A stretch of 63,515 nucleotides of DNA, the filler included, from Chthonomonadaceae bacterium (lineage in GTDB: Bacteria; Armatimonadota; Chthonomonadetes; Chthonomonadales; Chthonomonadaceae), in the NCBI GenBank assembly GCA_035650735.1. It is 5 parts of 5 records of this genome, joined end to end, with 100 filler letters (N's around TTAATTAATTAA, not from the genome) between each part and the next. Parts side by side here need not be neighbours in the genome. Positions count along the whole stretch, not along the records: positions 1 to 22,596 come from DASRGZ010000050.1; 4 more parts are not named here. One strand, given 5' to 3'. A model generated the notes under the pieces. It was not told where the DNA came from, made no database searches, and worked only from the letters and a program-made list of their open reading frames with translations. The translations under genes were made by a program, and so were the position numbers. Below are positions 1-9,371 of the stretch, one piece after another; position 1 is the stretch's first letter; every line of letters starts with the position of its first letter.

Positions 1-190
1 GCATTGCCTCAACGAAGGATTACCTATTCCAGTTCTGTTGAGCATACGGAGACTTTGCCCCGACAGAAAAAGTGTACGGTAGTGAAAAGCCAATGAAACG
101 TCTAGGGCTTCATATGCGTTAATGGAATAGAAGATCAAACTATCAAGATGCATGGCCGCACGGGGCCGGAGAGCAAAAGGACACAAACGC

Positions 191-970
191 ATGAATGAGA
201 ACTTACCGACATGGGCACAGACGGCTACTCTGCGCGGGCAGGCCATAGACGATGGGGAGCACTTCCGCACGTCGCGCCGTCTGCTGCTGGTGGCGACGCT
301 GGTAACACTCGCCCTCTGGTTCGTCCCCTATTCCAACTACCTGCTCTACCCGCTGCGGCTGTTTATTATCTTCATCCATGAGAGCGGCCACGCTCTGGCG
401 GCGCTGTTGGTGGGCGGCAGCGTGGCTTCTCTTACAGTCGCGCCCAACGGCAGCGGCGTCACGCAGACCCTCATCGCGCCCTGGGCGCGCTGGCTGGTCT
501 ATTCCGGGGGTTATTTAGGCACCGCCCTCTTTGGCGCGGTCTTGCTGCAAGTGGGGCGGCTGGCGCGGTGGCGCAGCGCGGGGCGCACAGTGCTCTACAC
601 GATTGCGTTCGTCCTGCTTGCCCTCACGCTGCTCTGGGCGTGGCGCAGCCCCTTCACCCTGATCACCGGCCTGGCACTGGCAGCAGTGATGTGGGCGCTG
701 GCGCGCTATACCTCGCCGCAAGCCGCCAACTTCGCCGCCGCCTTCCTGGCCGTGCAGTGCAGCCTGAACGCGCTCGGCGACCTGAGCGACCTGTTCGCCA
801 TCACGACCCATAATCTCGGCGATAGTGACGCCAAGTTCATGGCCGACGCCTATCTGCTTCCACCCACCTTCTGGGCGGTGCTGTGGGCGGCGATGGCCGT
901 CCTCCTCCTGGCCGTCTCGCTGCGCAGCTACTGGCGCGCTACCGCCGCACGCCGCCTGCCGGGCGGATAG
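191..970 (+). CDS. M50 family membrane metallopeptidase (M50B-like)
   Basis: HESGH zinc motif within hydrophobic helices, AGY-like SGGYLG, and late SDA motif. ATG at 191 preferred over 152. Confidence 0.85.
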   Translation: MNENLPTWAQTATLRGQAIDDGEHFRTSRRLLLVATLVTLALWFVPYSNYLLYPLRLFIIFIHESGHALAALLVGGSVASLTVAPNGSGVTQTLIAPWARWLVYSGGYLGTALFGAVLLQVGRLARWRSAGRTVLYTIAFVLLALTLLWAWRSPFTLITGLALAAVMWALARYTSPQAANFAAAFLAVQCSLNALGDLSDLFAITTHNLGDSDAKFMADAYLLPPTFWAVLWAAMAVLLLAVSLRSYWRATAARRLPGG

Positions 971-991
971 TGCGGCGGCAACAGGGGCACG

Positions 992-1219
992 ATGATGGGA
1001 AGCAGGGACACACGCAACCGCAGAAAATCGGCGGACGAAGCCCGCGTCTGTCAGCATTGCGGCGCGCTGGTCTACGGCGATAGCCGGGCGTGCCCGCAAT
1101 GCGGCAAATTCCCCGTCCGCCTCCACTGCTGCCCGAAGTGCGGCTTTATCTCGCCCGGAGACGCCGCCCGCTGCGAGCGCTGCGGACGGGTCTTCGAACC
1201 CAACGGCGACTACCTCTAA
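992..1219 (+). CDS. Double zinc-ribbon protein
   Basis: Four CxxC pairs (CQHC, CPQC, CPKC, CERC) in 75 aa. Confidence 0.8.
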   Translation: MMGSRDTRNRRKSADEARVCQHCGALVYGDSRACPQCGKFPVRLHCCPKCGFISPGDAARCERCGRVFEPNGDYL

Positions 1220-1224
1220 CAATA

Positions 1225-1259
1225 CAGGGTGTAGGGTGTAGGGGGTAGGGGGTAGGGAA
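1225..1259. repeat. Heptamer (TAGGGNG) tandem array, left arm of inverted repeat around the four-helix-bundle gene
   Basis: cagggtgtagggtgtagggggtagggggtagggaa matches the reverse complement of 1667-1701 at 31/35 positions. Confidence 0.9.
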
Positions 1260-1275
1260 GGGCGCAGGCGCGGGG

Positions 1276-1641
1276 TTATTCGGTCTGACTTAAACTTTGC
1301 AGCAGCGCCGTCAGCATCCGGCCTTCCTCCTCGCATAGTGCCAGGATCGCCTCCACCTCCGCCTCTTCCGCTAATTGTACTCGAATTGAGAGCAGCAGGT
1401 GCGTCTCCAATTCCTTGAGACTGCCATTAGCAACGCGAACGAACTGTACATATTCCGTCCGATGTCCGCGTCCGTAGCCTTCGGCGATGTTGGCAGGAAT
1501 AGCAGAGGCGGCACGCCGTATCTGGCTGGTCATGCTGTAGAGTTCTTCGCGTGGAAAGTCGCGTGTCAGATGGTAGCACAGTTCAGCAATCCGCATCCCA
1601 TTCTGCCAGACCCTCAGTTCCCGATACGATTGCAGTCTCAC
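1276..1641 (-). CDS. Four helix bundle protein (23S rRNA IVP / bAvd-like family)
   Basis: Family signature: SYRELRVWQ...FPREELYSMTSQIRRAASAIPANIAEGYGR...GSLKELETHL. Confidence 0.92.
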   Translation of the reverse strand: MRLQSYRELRVWQNGMRIAELCYHLTRDFPREELYSMTSQIRRAASAIPANIAEGYGRGHRTEYVQFVRVANGSLKELETHLLLSIRVQLAEEAEVEAILALCEEEGRMLTALLQSLSQTE

Positions 1642-1666
1642 TCGTCCCCTCCCGCTTCCACTGCTT

Positions 1667-1701
1667 TTCCCTACACCCTAAACCCCACACCCTACACCCT
1701 G
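1667..1701. repeat. Heptamer (CACCCTA) tandem array, right arm
   Basis: ttccctacaccctaaaccccacaccctacaccctg, inverted partner of 1225-1259. Confidence 0.9.
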
Positions 1702-1705
1702 CCGT

Positions 1706-3268
1706 TTACGCGTTCTGCGTCATCTTGGCTTTGTCGGCAGCCTGGGCGTTCTTTCGGGCCTCCTCGCGCGCTGCCGCCATCTCTTCGACGGTCTTGGTGT
1801 GCAGGCGGGCCATGCCTTTGAATCCCTCCAGCGTCTTGACCCGCGTGCCGTTCCGCTCGGCCTCTTCCAGACGGGCTTTCGCCTTCGCAATCTCGCCCTT
1901 CGCTTGGTACTGCGGCAGCCATTGCGCCTGCGCCACCAGCATCTCGTCGGTCATCTGCCAGACCTCTTCGGGATCGCAGACCGCTCCCACCAGCGGGTCA
2001 TGCAGCATCGCCTGCTTGAGAAGCGTCACATCGCCATGCACTGCCGCCTCCATGCCCATCCTCTGGACATTGATGGAGGCCGAGCAGGTGGCCGCGCACG
2101 CCAGAGGCAGGTCGCCGACGACGGGGATATTGATGCCGGTTCTATCCACGTAGCCGGGGACTTCGATAATGCAGCCCTGCGGGACATTGGTAATGATGCC
2201 GGTGTTGACGACGTTGAAGTGACCGCGATAGGTGCGTCCGGTCTCCAGGGCCTCGATGATGTAGGAGCCGTGCTCCTCGCTGCGGCGGTCGGGGGTGAAC
2301 CTGGGCGGGGCTTCCTGGAGCCAGTTGGGAAAGTCGGTTTCGAACCAGTTGCGCCCTTCCGTGCAGACGCGCAAGTAGCCGCCCGTCTCGCCGTTGATCC
2401 AGGAGGAGAGGTCAATCCACTTGTTGATCTCGTCCAGGCGCTTGCGATACCAGGGTAGGTACTCGCTCAGGTGGCCGTTGCTCTCGGTGCTGTAGTAGCC
2501 GAAGCGCTTGAGCACGTCAATGCGCACCTTCTCAGTCTGCGGGAAGTGCGGATGCGCCATGAACAGGTCATAGAGGCGGGGGATGAGGTCTATGCCGCGC
2601 CAAACGGCTTGGATGCACCAGGTCTGGTGGTTGATGCCGGCGAAGACGAAATCAATATCCTTGCGGTGGACTCCCTCGTCCGGGCCGATCAGCCCCTCCT
2701 GCCTGGCCCAGTGCTCGACGCAGGAGGCGATCTGCCACTGCGCGCCCTGGACGCCGTGACAGAGGCCGACGGTCTTGACGCCGCCGTATTTGTTGCAGGC
2801 CCAGGTCAGCATCGCCATCGGGTTCGAGTAGTTCAAAAACAGCGCCCCCGGCTTGGCAACCTCGCGGATGTCCTTGCAGAAGTCGAGCAAGGCCGCGATG
2901 CCCCGCTGCGCGTACATGATGCCGCCCGCGCAGATGGTGTCGCCGACGCACTGGTCAATGCCGTACTTGAGCGGGATGTCAATATCCAGAGCGAACGCAT
3001 CCAGGCCGCCCTGCCGGATCATGCAAATCACATAGTCGCTATCGGCGATGGCGGCGCGGCGGTCGGTCGTGGCTTCGACTTTCGCGGGCAGGTTGTTGCC
3101 GGCGATGTCGCGCCTCGCCAACTGCGTGACCATGTCCAGGTTGCGCTGGCTGATGTCGGTGAAGGCAAAGGTGGTGTCGGCGAACTCGGGCACGGTCAAG
3201 AGGTCGGCCATCAGGCGGCGCGTAAAGCCGATGGAACCGGCCCCGATCATGGCAATACGAAGAGGCAT
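1706..3268 (-). CDS. melA: Glycoside hydrolase family 4 alpha-galactosidase/alpha-glucosidase
   Basis: IGAGS NAD-binding start, DIPLKYG..Q..GDT..GG, NYSNP, GLCH, GINH and TESNGHLSEY motifs. AAGGAG SD before ATG 3268. Confidence 0.9.
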   Translation of the reverse strand: MPLRIAMIGAGSIGFTRRLMADLLTVPEFADTTFAFTDISQRNLDMVTQLARRDIAGNNLPAKVEATTDRRAAIADSDYVICMIRQGGLDAFALDIDIPLKYGIDQCVGDTICAGGIMYAQRGIAALLDFCKDIREVAKPGALFLNYSNPMAMLTWACNKYGGVKTVGLCHGVQGAQWQIASCVEHWARQEGLIGPDEGVHRKDIDFVFAGINHQTWCIQAVWRGIDLIPRLYDLFMAHPHFPQTEKVRIDVLKRFGYYSTESNGHLSEYLPWYRKRLDEINKWIDLSSWINGETGGYLRVCTEGRNWFETDFPNWLQEAPPRFTPDRRSEEHGSYIIEALETGRTYRGHFNVVNTGIITNVPQGCIIEVPGYVDRTGINIPVVGDLPLACAATCSASINVQRMGMEAAVHGDVTLLKQAMLHDPLVGAVCDPEEVWQMTDEMLVAQAQWLPQYQAKGEIAKAKARLEEAERNGTRVKTLEGFKGMARLHTKTVEEMAAAREEARKNAQAADKAKMTQNA

Positions 3269-3414
3269 AGCGTAACGTCTCCTTGTGGTCAGATTCGGAC
3301 AAGGAGAGATTAGTGAGGGGTAGCGCGGAGTCCTGCGTTGCAAGAAGGCAGCGATCCGATAGGTGGAAGCGCCATAATGGGCACTTGCCTTCCATGCTCA
3401 GGTTCTGTGCTTTG

Positions 3415-6400
3415 CTACGGCAGCGTGTCTATCTCTAGAAACAGGCTACCCGTTGTCGCATCATCCTTCACAGCAACAGTGATATTATTCGGACTTCCAC
3501 TGGTGTTTCTCTCTGGCATCTCTCGTTTCGCGGTCGAGGCAGATGTGGTCTCCTGTCTATCTTCTTCAGCGCGTCGCAGGATGCGCTGCACCAGTTCAGA
3601 AACATCTGACGATGCGATGGAAACCTCAGAAGCGGCAGCGACCGGAGCAATTTCCATCTCTCTCAGGCGGGCGAAGACTGGTTCCATCGCGGCGTCGGGA
3701 TCGCGGAAAAACGCGCTGCCCCGAATACGGGCAAATGTCCAGCCGAGCCGCTCCAGCAATGCCTGACGCGCTATGTCGTCGGCCAGCTTCTCCACCGGAT
3801 GGTAGCGGTCGCCATCGCATTCGACGGCAAGCCGCTTCTTGCCATCGTCCACAACCATGTCGAGGCGATATCGCCCGACCTCCCACTGTGGCGTTACGCG
3901 GTAGCCTGCCAGTATCAAACGGCGGATTACCTCGCGCTCGAATGGCGACTCAGCGCGGGCTTCCACCTCTTCAATGCGACGCGCCAGAGCGTTCGGGTCA
4001 AGCGCGTGTTCAATCAGGCGGCGGCGAATATCTCCGGGCTTGAGGTCCACATCATGCTGCAGAGAATAGACGATCCACAACTGGTCACGGGCACGGCTTG
4101 TTGCGACGTTGTACCGCTTCTTCCACATTCCGTTCTGCTGGACATCATCGCGCAGGCGCAACTGGCTACTCTGCGGGCTGTCCACCATTGAAAGGAAAAT
4201 GACATCCCGCTCGTCGCCCTGGAATTGCGGCGGCGTGCCGCACATCACCCGGCGGCGTGCGTACTCGTCGGGCGAAAGTCGCCGCCGCAGTTTTTCATCT
4301 ATGCGCCGTGCCTGTTCCTCGCCCACCAACGAGATAACTCCAAATGTTGCGTCGGCGTACTCACTCTGTTTCGTCGCTGCAACGAGCAGTGAGACGATGG
4401 TATCTGCCTCCGCCTCGTTGACTTCGCCGCGTGTGATTCCATTCTCCACTCGATAGGGGATAATGGCGGGACGGCGCGGCACACCAGACATATCTCGCAG
4501 GGGTTGTATCCTGCCATTGTAGCAGAGCGCGTTGCTGAAACGGATAATCTCCGGGGCACAGCGAAAATGCTCCGTCAGGCAGATGTGGCCGCCGAATGAC
4601 TCCAGCGCAATGTCGTAGAGAGAACGCTGACCATCGTAAAGGATGGCGTTGGGAATGCCCTGAAGGTGTTCGGCAATCAGATGCTCAACACGCTCCAGCT
4701 TCTCGCCGACGGCATCTGGGCTGACCTGCTCATTGTCGCCAACGATAACCGCCGAATGCGCCATATAAAGCGGAATCAGTCCTATGGCGTCCGCTTGGCT
4801 CGCCTCGTCAATAATCACGACATCAAAGCGCGTTGTCTGCGGATCGAAGTTCTCCACCACGCGGCTGAGCGGCATTACCCAGACGGGAACCGCACTACGG
4901 CACGCCTGCATCTTGTCGCGCGCCTCCCGTTGCAGCCGCGTCGCCCGCTTGCCCGTCCCTTTGCCTATCTTTTTAACCAGATGCAGCCAGCCTATCAACG
5001 CCGAACGTTGCGGGAGGGAAGTGCGGCGTATTTGCGCGGCCCAGGCGCGATGCTCCACTAGTTCCGCCGTTGTGTCGCGCAATTCCCGATCCAGCCGTTC
5101 GCGTTCCTGCTCCAGTTCTTCCGGCGTCATGCGGTCGCGACGTTCTAGTTCCTCCAGCAGTTGCCGCCATTCCCAGGCGCGTTCGGCATCACCGGGCGGT
5201 TGCGGGGCATTATGCGGCACAACACGCTCTCGCAGGGCGGCAGCCCAGCCAGGAGCCGCTGTTTCCAGTCGGCGCAGGAGTTCAAGGCGACGCACATACC
5301 CTTCACGCCGCGCGATTAGGTCGGCAAGGCAGCGATAGGCGAACCGATAGGCATCAGCATCAAACGTAGTGAGGGCGCGTATCAGATCGAAAACACCAAC
5401 TCTCTGTGCCTCCGCGCCATAGGCTTCCAACGGCGAGACCCATTGCCGAACGCGACTCTCAATGATCGAAACGCGGGTCTGCGCTTCGCGAGAGGCAAGC
5501 TGTTCCATTAGGGCAGGGACGACGCGGCGCAACAGATCTTCCACGCTGTCGGGCGATGCGGTGGCGGGCGGTAACGATTGCCGAAAGCGATCCCACACGA
5601 AACCGAGTTCTGCCAGCGCTCGCATGACCGGCTCCCATCGTGCGGGATACCAGCGAAGCCGCCGTTTCAGAATAGGAATATAGCGGGTGCAGAAATGCTC
5701 CGGCGTCTCCGGCGTTTGCGTGAGCGAAGGGCCACCAATAGATGCGACCTGTCGTTCCCACCGACGCGTGAGTTCTTGCCGCCGTGTTGCGGCGTAAGCG
5801 ACAGCCTGCAACGCCTGAAAGTCCTCTATACTCTCCGGCTTGCGCCCTTTGACGGTAGTGCTTTGCAGAAGTTGCTTCCAGGCCGGTTTCGTCAATAGCA
5901 CGAGGAATGAGAGTCGCCCTCCCTTTTGCAAATGAGCGCAGATAGCATCGAGAAGACCTATTTGCTCTTCCTGCGGCAGAGCGACGTTCAGGACGGGATC
6001 GCGCTCCAGAAGGGCCTGTTCAGCGCGAAGTCCGGCCTCTGCGGTCTGCTCTATCAGAGCGAAGAGGTCGTCCCAGAGGCGGCGGCGTTCAGCGTTCCTG
6101 CCCGCCTCCATCACCGCATACTCCCATGCTTCCGCGCTATTTAGCAAGTCATTTTCGGTCGTGATATGCGCGTTTAGGCGGCGCAAGGTCTCCGTATCAG
6201 CGTCCGTGGCGGGATGCATCCAAAGCGCTGCGTGAGCCTTCTGTGCCTGCGGCAGCAGCATGGCGCGTTCTTCGCAGAGCCGCTGCCATTCGTCGGGCGT
6301 TGGAAGCGTTTGGAGATTGGGCAGGCCGCTGGAGAGAGCGCGTTCTTCGTCGGCTTCAAGATGTGTGTTTCCGGCATAAAGTTCGGCCAGTTCCCCGGCG

Positions 6401-8079
6401 GAGATCGGCAGAACGGCTCCGGGCGTCAGCGGGCCGGGAATCCAATCGTGCTGCCCACGTCCCTGCATCACGCGACGGGCGGCCTCCGCAGGAGAAAACT
6501 CTCTGCCACCAATGACCAGGCTGCGATATTCGTTCCCACGCGCTTTGAGGAGGGCATTTTCCAATTGCAGAAAGCGTTCACACAGGGCTTTGCGGTGCGA
6601 TGCAAGGCGACCTGCCTCGGCTTCCAGATGCTCAGCACTGCTGTTTGCCAGTCGTTCCACAATCGCGCCGACCGAGTCCTCTAATTGGCTGCGACCGGCA
6701 GAATCGCTCTCCAGCACGCTAACGCAGAGCGGCTGCAACGGAGCGACAACTTGATCGCGCAGAACGCGGAGGGCTTTGGCCGTGTGACTTGTGACCAAAA
6801 CGGTTTTGCCCTGCGCGAGCAGATGCCCAATAAGGTTGGCAATGGTGTGCGTTTTGCCCGTTCCGGGCGGCCCCTGCACCAGCACATAGCCGTGCTGCGC
6901 GAGACGTTCGGCGATCTGTAGCTGTTCCCTGTTGGCGGGTTTGCTAAGAAGGACATCCGGGCGCTGATAGGCGGAACCTGATAACGTGTTGGCCCAGCTA
7001 GCCGAAGGCCTCGCTCCAACATCGTCGGGGGCAGATTGAGCGTCAATGCCTGCGATACGGAGCAGCGAGACCGGTAGTTCAGGGTTTGTGGCAAGATGCG
7101 CCTGAATAGAGTCGAGCGCTGTTGCGAATCCGGTAATGCGATTCCGAATAAAGAGCAGCGGGGCGCGTCCGATATGGGGGTGTGGAGGGAAGCCAGAGGG
7201 CAGTTCGTCAACAAACTTGCCTCCCGAAGAGAGCCGAGCCGCCAGTGCCCGCAGAAAGCCGGATGTGTCGTCGCCCCCAAGGGGAGAGAAGCCTCCCTCT
7301 TCCAGTTCTCGGCGAATGGCGGCGATGACGCCACCTTCAACATCGCCCATGGTCTGGAAAAGCGCGGTGTAGAATTCCGTGGGGTGCTCGGTCAGGCGTA
7401 GGGTGAACGCCGGAATATCAGGCTGAAAATCGAGTTGAAGTCGTCGAATGAGTACCGGGTGACACACATTGCCGTCGGGGCGTCCCCAGTTGAGCAGGCC
7501 ATCGCCAAGCACGATCTCCAACCGTTCAGCTTCGCGCTGAAGCGTGCCATATATTTCGTAGAGTCGCTCGAAGAGACGGAGCGTATCGTGGGCTGGTCGT
7601 TCCGCTTCCTGCCAGAGCCGACGCTGATGCTGCCATGCAGCGAAGGCAGCGACACGCCGGGGATCATCTTCAAAACGGGCTTCAACATATTCGCCGGTTA
7701 CATTCCGAAGAGAGCGTTGGGGTTGAAACTGCGCTTCGGCGTTAATATCTTCCCATCCGGGCTGGAGCCAGCCGGCGATTTCTACTGGAGGAGAGGGAAC
7801 GGGCTTTGGATCAGGACGTTGGACGCGCAACACGATTTCATTCGAGAGGCGAGTACTCTTCTCCGTAGATTCAACATCGTCGTCAGTTCCGTTGTCGCCG
7901 TTTTGCGTGCTGGCAATATAGAGACAGGGATGTTCTGGTAGTTCATGAAACCATAAGTCGAAAGGGTATTCCTTGATGTCTCGATGAATGGGGTTACGCG
8001 CCTGATGAAGTGCTTGTAGAAAACGGAATAGTTGTGTAACGCGCTGTCTGCCTGCTTCGTAGGTAGGAGGGGTATCCAT
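3415..8079 (-). CDS. Large SF1 (Upf1/DNA2-like) helicase fused to a C-terminal Vsr/DUF559-like nuclease
   Basis: QGPPGTGKT, IIDEASQ, VGDNEQ, EHFRC, FQGDERD and NVATSRARD helicase motifs; C-terminal ESPFE...YRLDMVV...AVECDG..YH...LERLGW. Confidence 0.88.
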   Translation of the reverse strand: MDTPPTYEAGRQRVTQLFRFLQALHQARNPIHRDIKEYPFDLWFHELPEHPCLYIASTQNGDNGTDDDVESTEKSTRLSNEIVLRVQRPDPKPVPSPPVEIAGWLQPGWEDINAEAQFQPQRSLRNVTGEYVEARFEDDPRRVAAFAAWQHQRRLWQEAERPAHDTLRLFERLYEIYGTLQREAERLEIVLGDGLLNWGRPDGNVCHPVLIRRLQLDFQPDIPAFTLRLTEHPTEFYTALFQTMGDVEGGVIAAIRRELEEGGFSPLGGDDTSGFLRALAARLSSGGKFVDELPSGFPPHPHIGRAPLLFIRNRITGFATALDSIQAHLATNPELPVSLLRIAGIDAQSAPDDVGARPSASWANTLSGSAYQRPDVLLSKPANREQLQIAERLAQHGYVLVQGPPGTGKTHTIANLIGHLLAQGKTVLVTSHTAKALRVLRDQVVAPLQPLCVSVLESDSAGRSQLEDSVGAIVERLANSSAEHLEAEAGRLASHRKALCERFLQLENALLKARGNEYRSLVIGGREFSPAEAARRVMQGRGQHDWIPGPLTPGAVLPISAGELAELYAGNTHLEADEERALSSGLPNLQTLPTPDEWQRLCEERAMLLPQAQKAHAALWMHPATDADTETLRRLNAHITTENDLLNSAEAWEYAVMEAGRNAERRRLWDDLFALIEQTAEAGLRAEQALLERDPVLNVALPQEEQIGLLDAICAHLQKGGRLSFLVLLTKPAWKQLLQSTTVKGRKPESIEDFQALQAVAYAATRRQELTRRWERQVASIGGPSLTQTPETPEHFCTRYIPILKRRLRWYPARWEPVMRALAELGFVWDRFRQSLPPATASPDSVEDLLRRVVPALMEQLASREAQTRVSIIESRVRQWVSPLEAYGAEAQRVGVFDLIRALTTFDADAYRFAYRCLADLIARREGYVRRLELLRRLETAAPGWAAALRERVVPHNAPQPPGDAERAWEWRQLLEELERRDRMTPEELEQERERLDRELRDTTAELVEHRAWAAQIRRTSLPQRSALIGWLHLVKKIGKGTGKRATRLQREARDKMQACRSAVPVWVMPLSRVVENFDPQTTRFDVVIIDEASQADAIGLIPLYMAHSAVIVGDNEQVSPDAVGEKLERVEHLIAEHLQGIPNAILYDGQRSLYDIALESFGGHICLTEHFRCAPEIIRFSNALCYNGRIQPLRDMSGVPRRPAIIPYRVENGITRGEVNEAEADTIVSLLVAATKQSEYADATFGVISLVGEEQARRIDEKLRRRLSPDEYARRRVMCGTPPQFQGDERDVIFLSMVDSPQSSQLRLRDDVQQNGMWKKRYNVATSRARDQLWIVYSLQHDVDLKPGDIRRRLIEHALDPNALARRIEEVEARAESPFEREVIRRLILAGYRVTPQWEVGRYRLDMVVDDGKKRLAVECDGDRYHPVEKLADDIARQALLERLGWTFARIRGSAFFRDPDAAMEPVFARLREMEIAPVAAASEVSIASSDVSELVQRILRRAEEDRQETTSASTAKREMPERNTSGSPNNITVAVKDDATTGSLFLEIDTLP

Positions 8080-8147
8080 GCGCCGTGTTCCTCGTATGTA
8101 TTAATGCAAGTTTTCTTCGGCGGGGAAGCGGGGAATTCCTGCGTAAG

Positions 8148-8474
8148 TTAGGGACTTTGTTCTGGCCGTCGGGCGCAAGGTGAAGCACACTCAGGGAACG
8201 TTGCTGGCGCACTCGGCGCAGATGGTATCCAGCGCGCCCAGCCGCTAGATTTTAGCGTTTGGAGTGAGGTGTCCCGTGCCTGCTGCTGGAGCAGGTAGTC
8301 GCAAATTTCGGTTTGCAGTTCCTGGATGCGGTGTTGGTAACTTTCCGAGACGAGCGGGATCAGCGCCGGCTCCGTCTCTTGCAAGTGCAGACGCATCGCT
8401 TCCAGCATCCCCTTGAAGCTGGCTAGCTGATGCAGCGCGAGATCGAACTGTTCCTGATTGGCGATCATAGCCAT
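8148..8474 (-). CDS. Small helical hypothetical protein, C-terminus possibly degenerate
   Basis: GGAGGT SD before ATG; amphipathic helical first ~65 aa. Confidence 0.55.
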   Translation of the reverse strand: MAMIANQEQFDLALHQLASFKGMLEAMRLHLQETEPALIPLVSESYQHRIQELQTEICDYLLQQQARDTSLQTLKSSGWARWIPSAPSAPATFPECASPCARRPEQSP

Positions 8475-8550
8475 ACCTCCGCCGCGCCTTTCGGCAGCCA
8501 GTAGTCATTACGAAACGGGGGCAATGGCACGCGATTGCTTCTACAACAGT

Positions 8551-8733
8551 TTACGGCGCGTTCTTAGCCTGAAGCCACAAAAGCGAGAGCCATTCCGCCA
8601 GATCCACCAGTCCTTGCGCCTCCTCCCGTTCGCTTTCGGTCAACATAATCCCGGCGTCTTGCCTATCCAGCAACTCCTGAAGGCGGCGGTGAAGTCCTTC
8701 CGGCAAGCGAAACTCCTCCCATCCGACAGGCAT
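8551..8733 (-). CDS. Small hypothetical protein, antitoxin-like
   Basis: RLQELLDRQD...LTESEREEAQGLVDLAE pattern; TGCTATAAT extended -10 upstream on the minus strand (~8785-8793). Confidence 0.55.
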   Translation of the reverse strand: MPVGWEEFRLPEGLHRRLQELLDRQDAGIMLTESEREEAQGLVDLAEWLSLLWLQAKNAP

Positions 8734-8876
8734 CGCAATTTCAACAATAATCGGGGATAGCCTTTATCGCTCTCCTTTGCGTCTATTATAGCATAGCAGG
8801 ACAGTCAAGCGAGCGGCAAAACTTGGAGGATAAACTGTAGAGAGTAAGGCGCGCGGATCAGTAACGGGGTGCGTGG

Positions 8877-9347
8877 TTACTGTTGGGAGAATTTTTGGAG
8901 GGCTGCCGCCAATTGGGGAAGAAGGAGGGCGGCAGTGACCGGCTTGAAGACATACCCGCACGTGCCTAACTTTTGCGCTTCTTGCTGGTATTCTTCATCC
9001 GAAAAGGCGGTCAGCATCACGATACAGACGCGGTAGTGTTGGAGAATACGCCGCGAGGCTTCCAGACCATCCATGATAGGCATCCGAATATCCATTAACA
9101 CCACGTCCGGTTTCTTCTCTAGGACGACCTCGACAGCCTCCCGACCATTGGCCGCCAGTCCCACCACCTTCATGCCCGCCGACTGGAGAATGCGGCGTAA
9201 CTGAAGCTGGGTCACGCCCTCATCTTCGACGATAACGGCGCGCTTCTCCTTAAGACGAGAGACACTTTCCTCGTTAGGCTGAGGGGTGTTGTGGAAAGCC
9301 TTGCCCGAAGGTCGGCATTCCTCTGTCATCGCTGCAGCGGGTAGCAT
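8877..9347 (-). CDS. Single-domain response regulator
   Basis: VEDE, DVVLMDIRMP.MDG, MLTA and KP receiver motifs. Confidence 0.88.
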   Translation of the reverse strand: MLPAAAMTEECRPSGKAFHNTPQPNEESVSRLKEKRAVIVEDEGVTQLQLRRILQSAGMKVVGLAANGREAVEVVLEKKPDVVLMDIRMPIMDGLEASRRILQHYRVCIVMLTAFSDEEYQQEAQKLGTCGYVFKPVTAALLLPQLAAALQKFSQQ

Positions 9348-9371
9348 TAACCTAGCCTCAAAAAGAAGTCC

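Noticed and set aside
8525..8538. Sigma54 promoter TGGCACGCGATTGC
   Set aside because: GG-to-GC spacing is 9 nt rather than 10, and it points antisense to the local genes.
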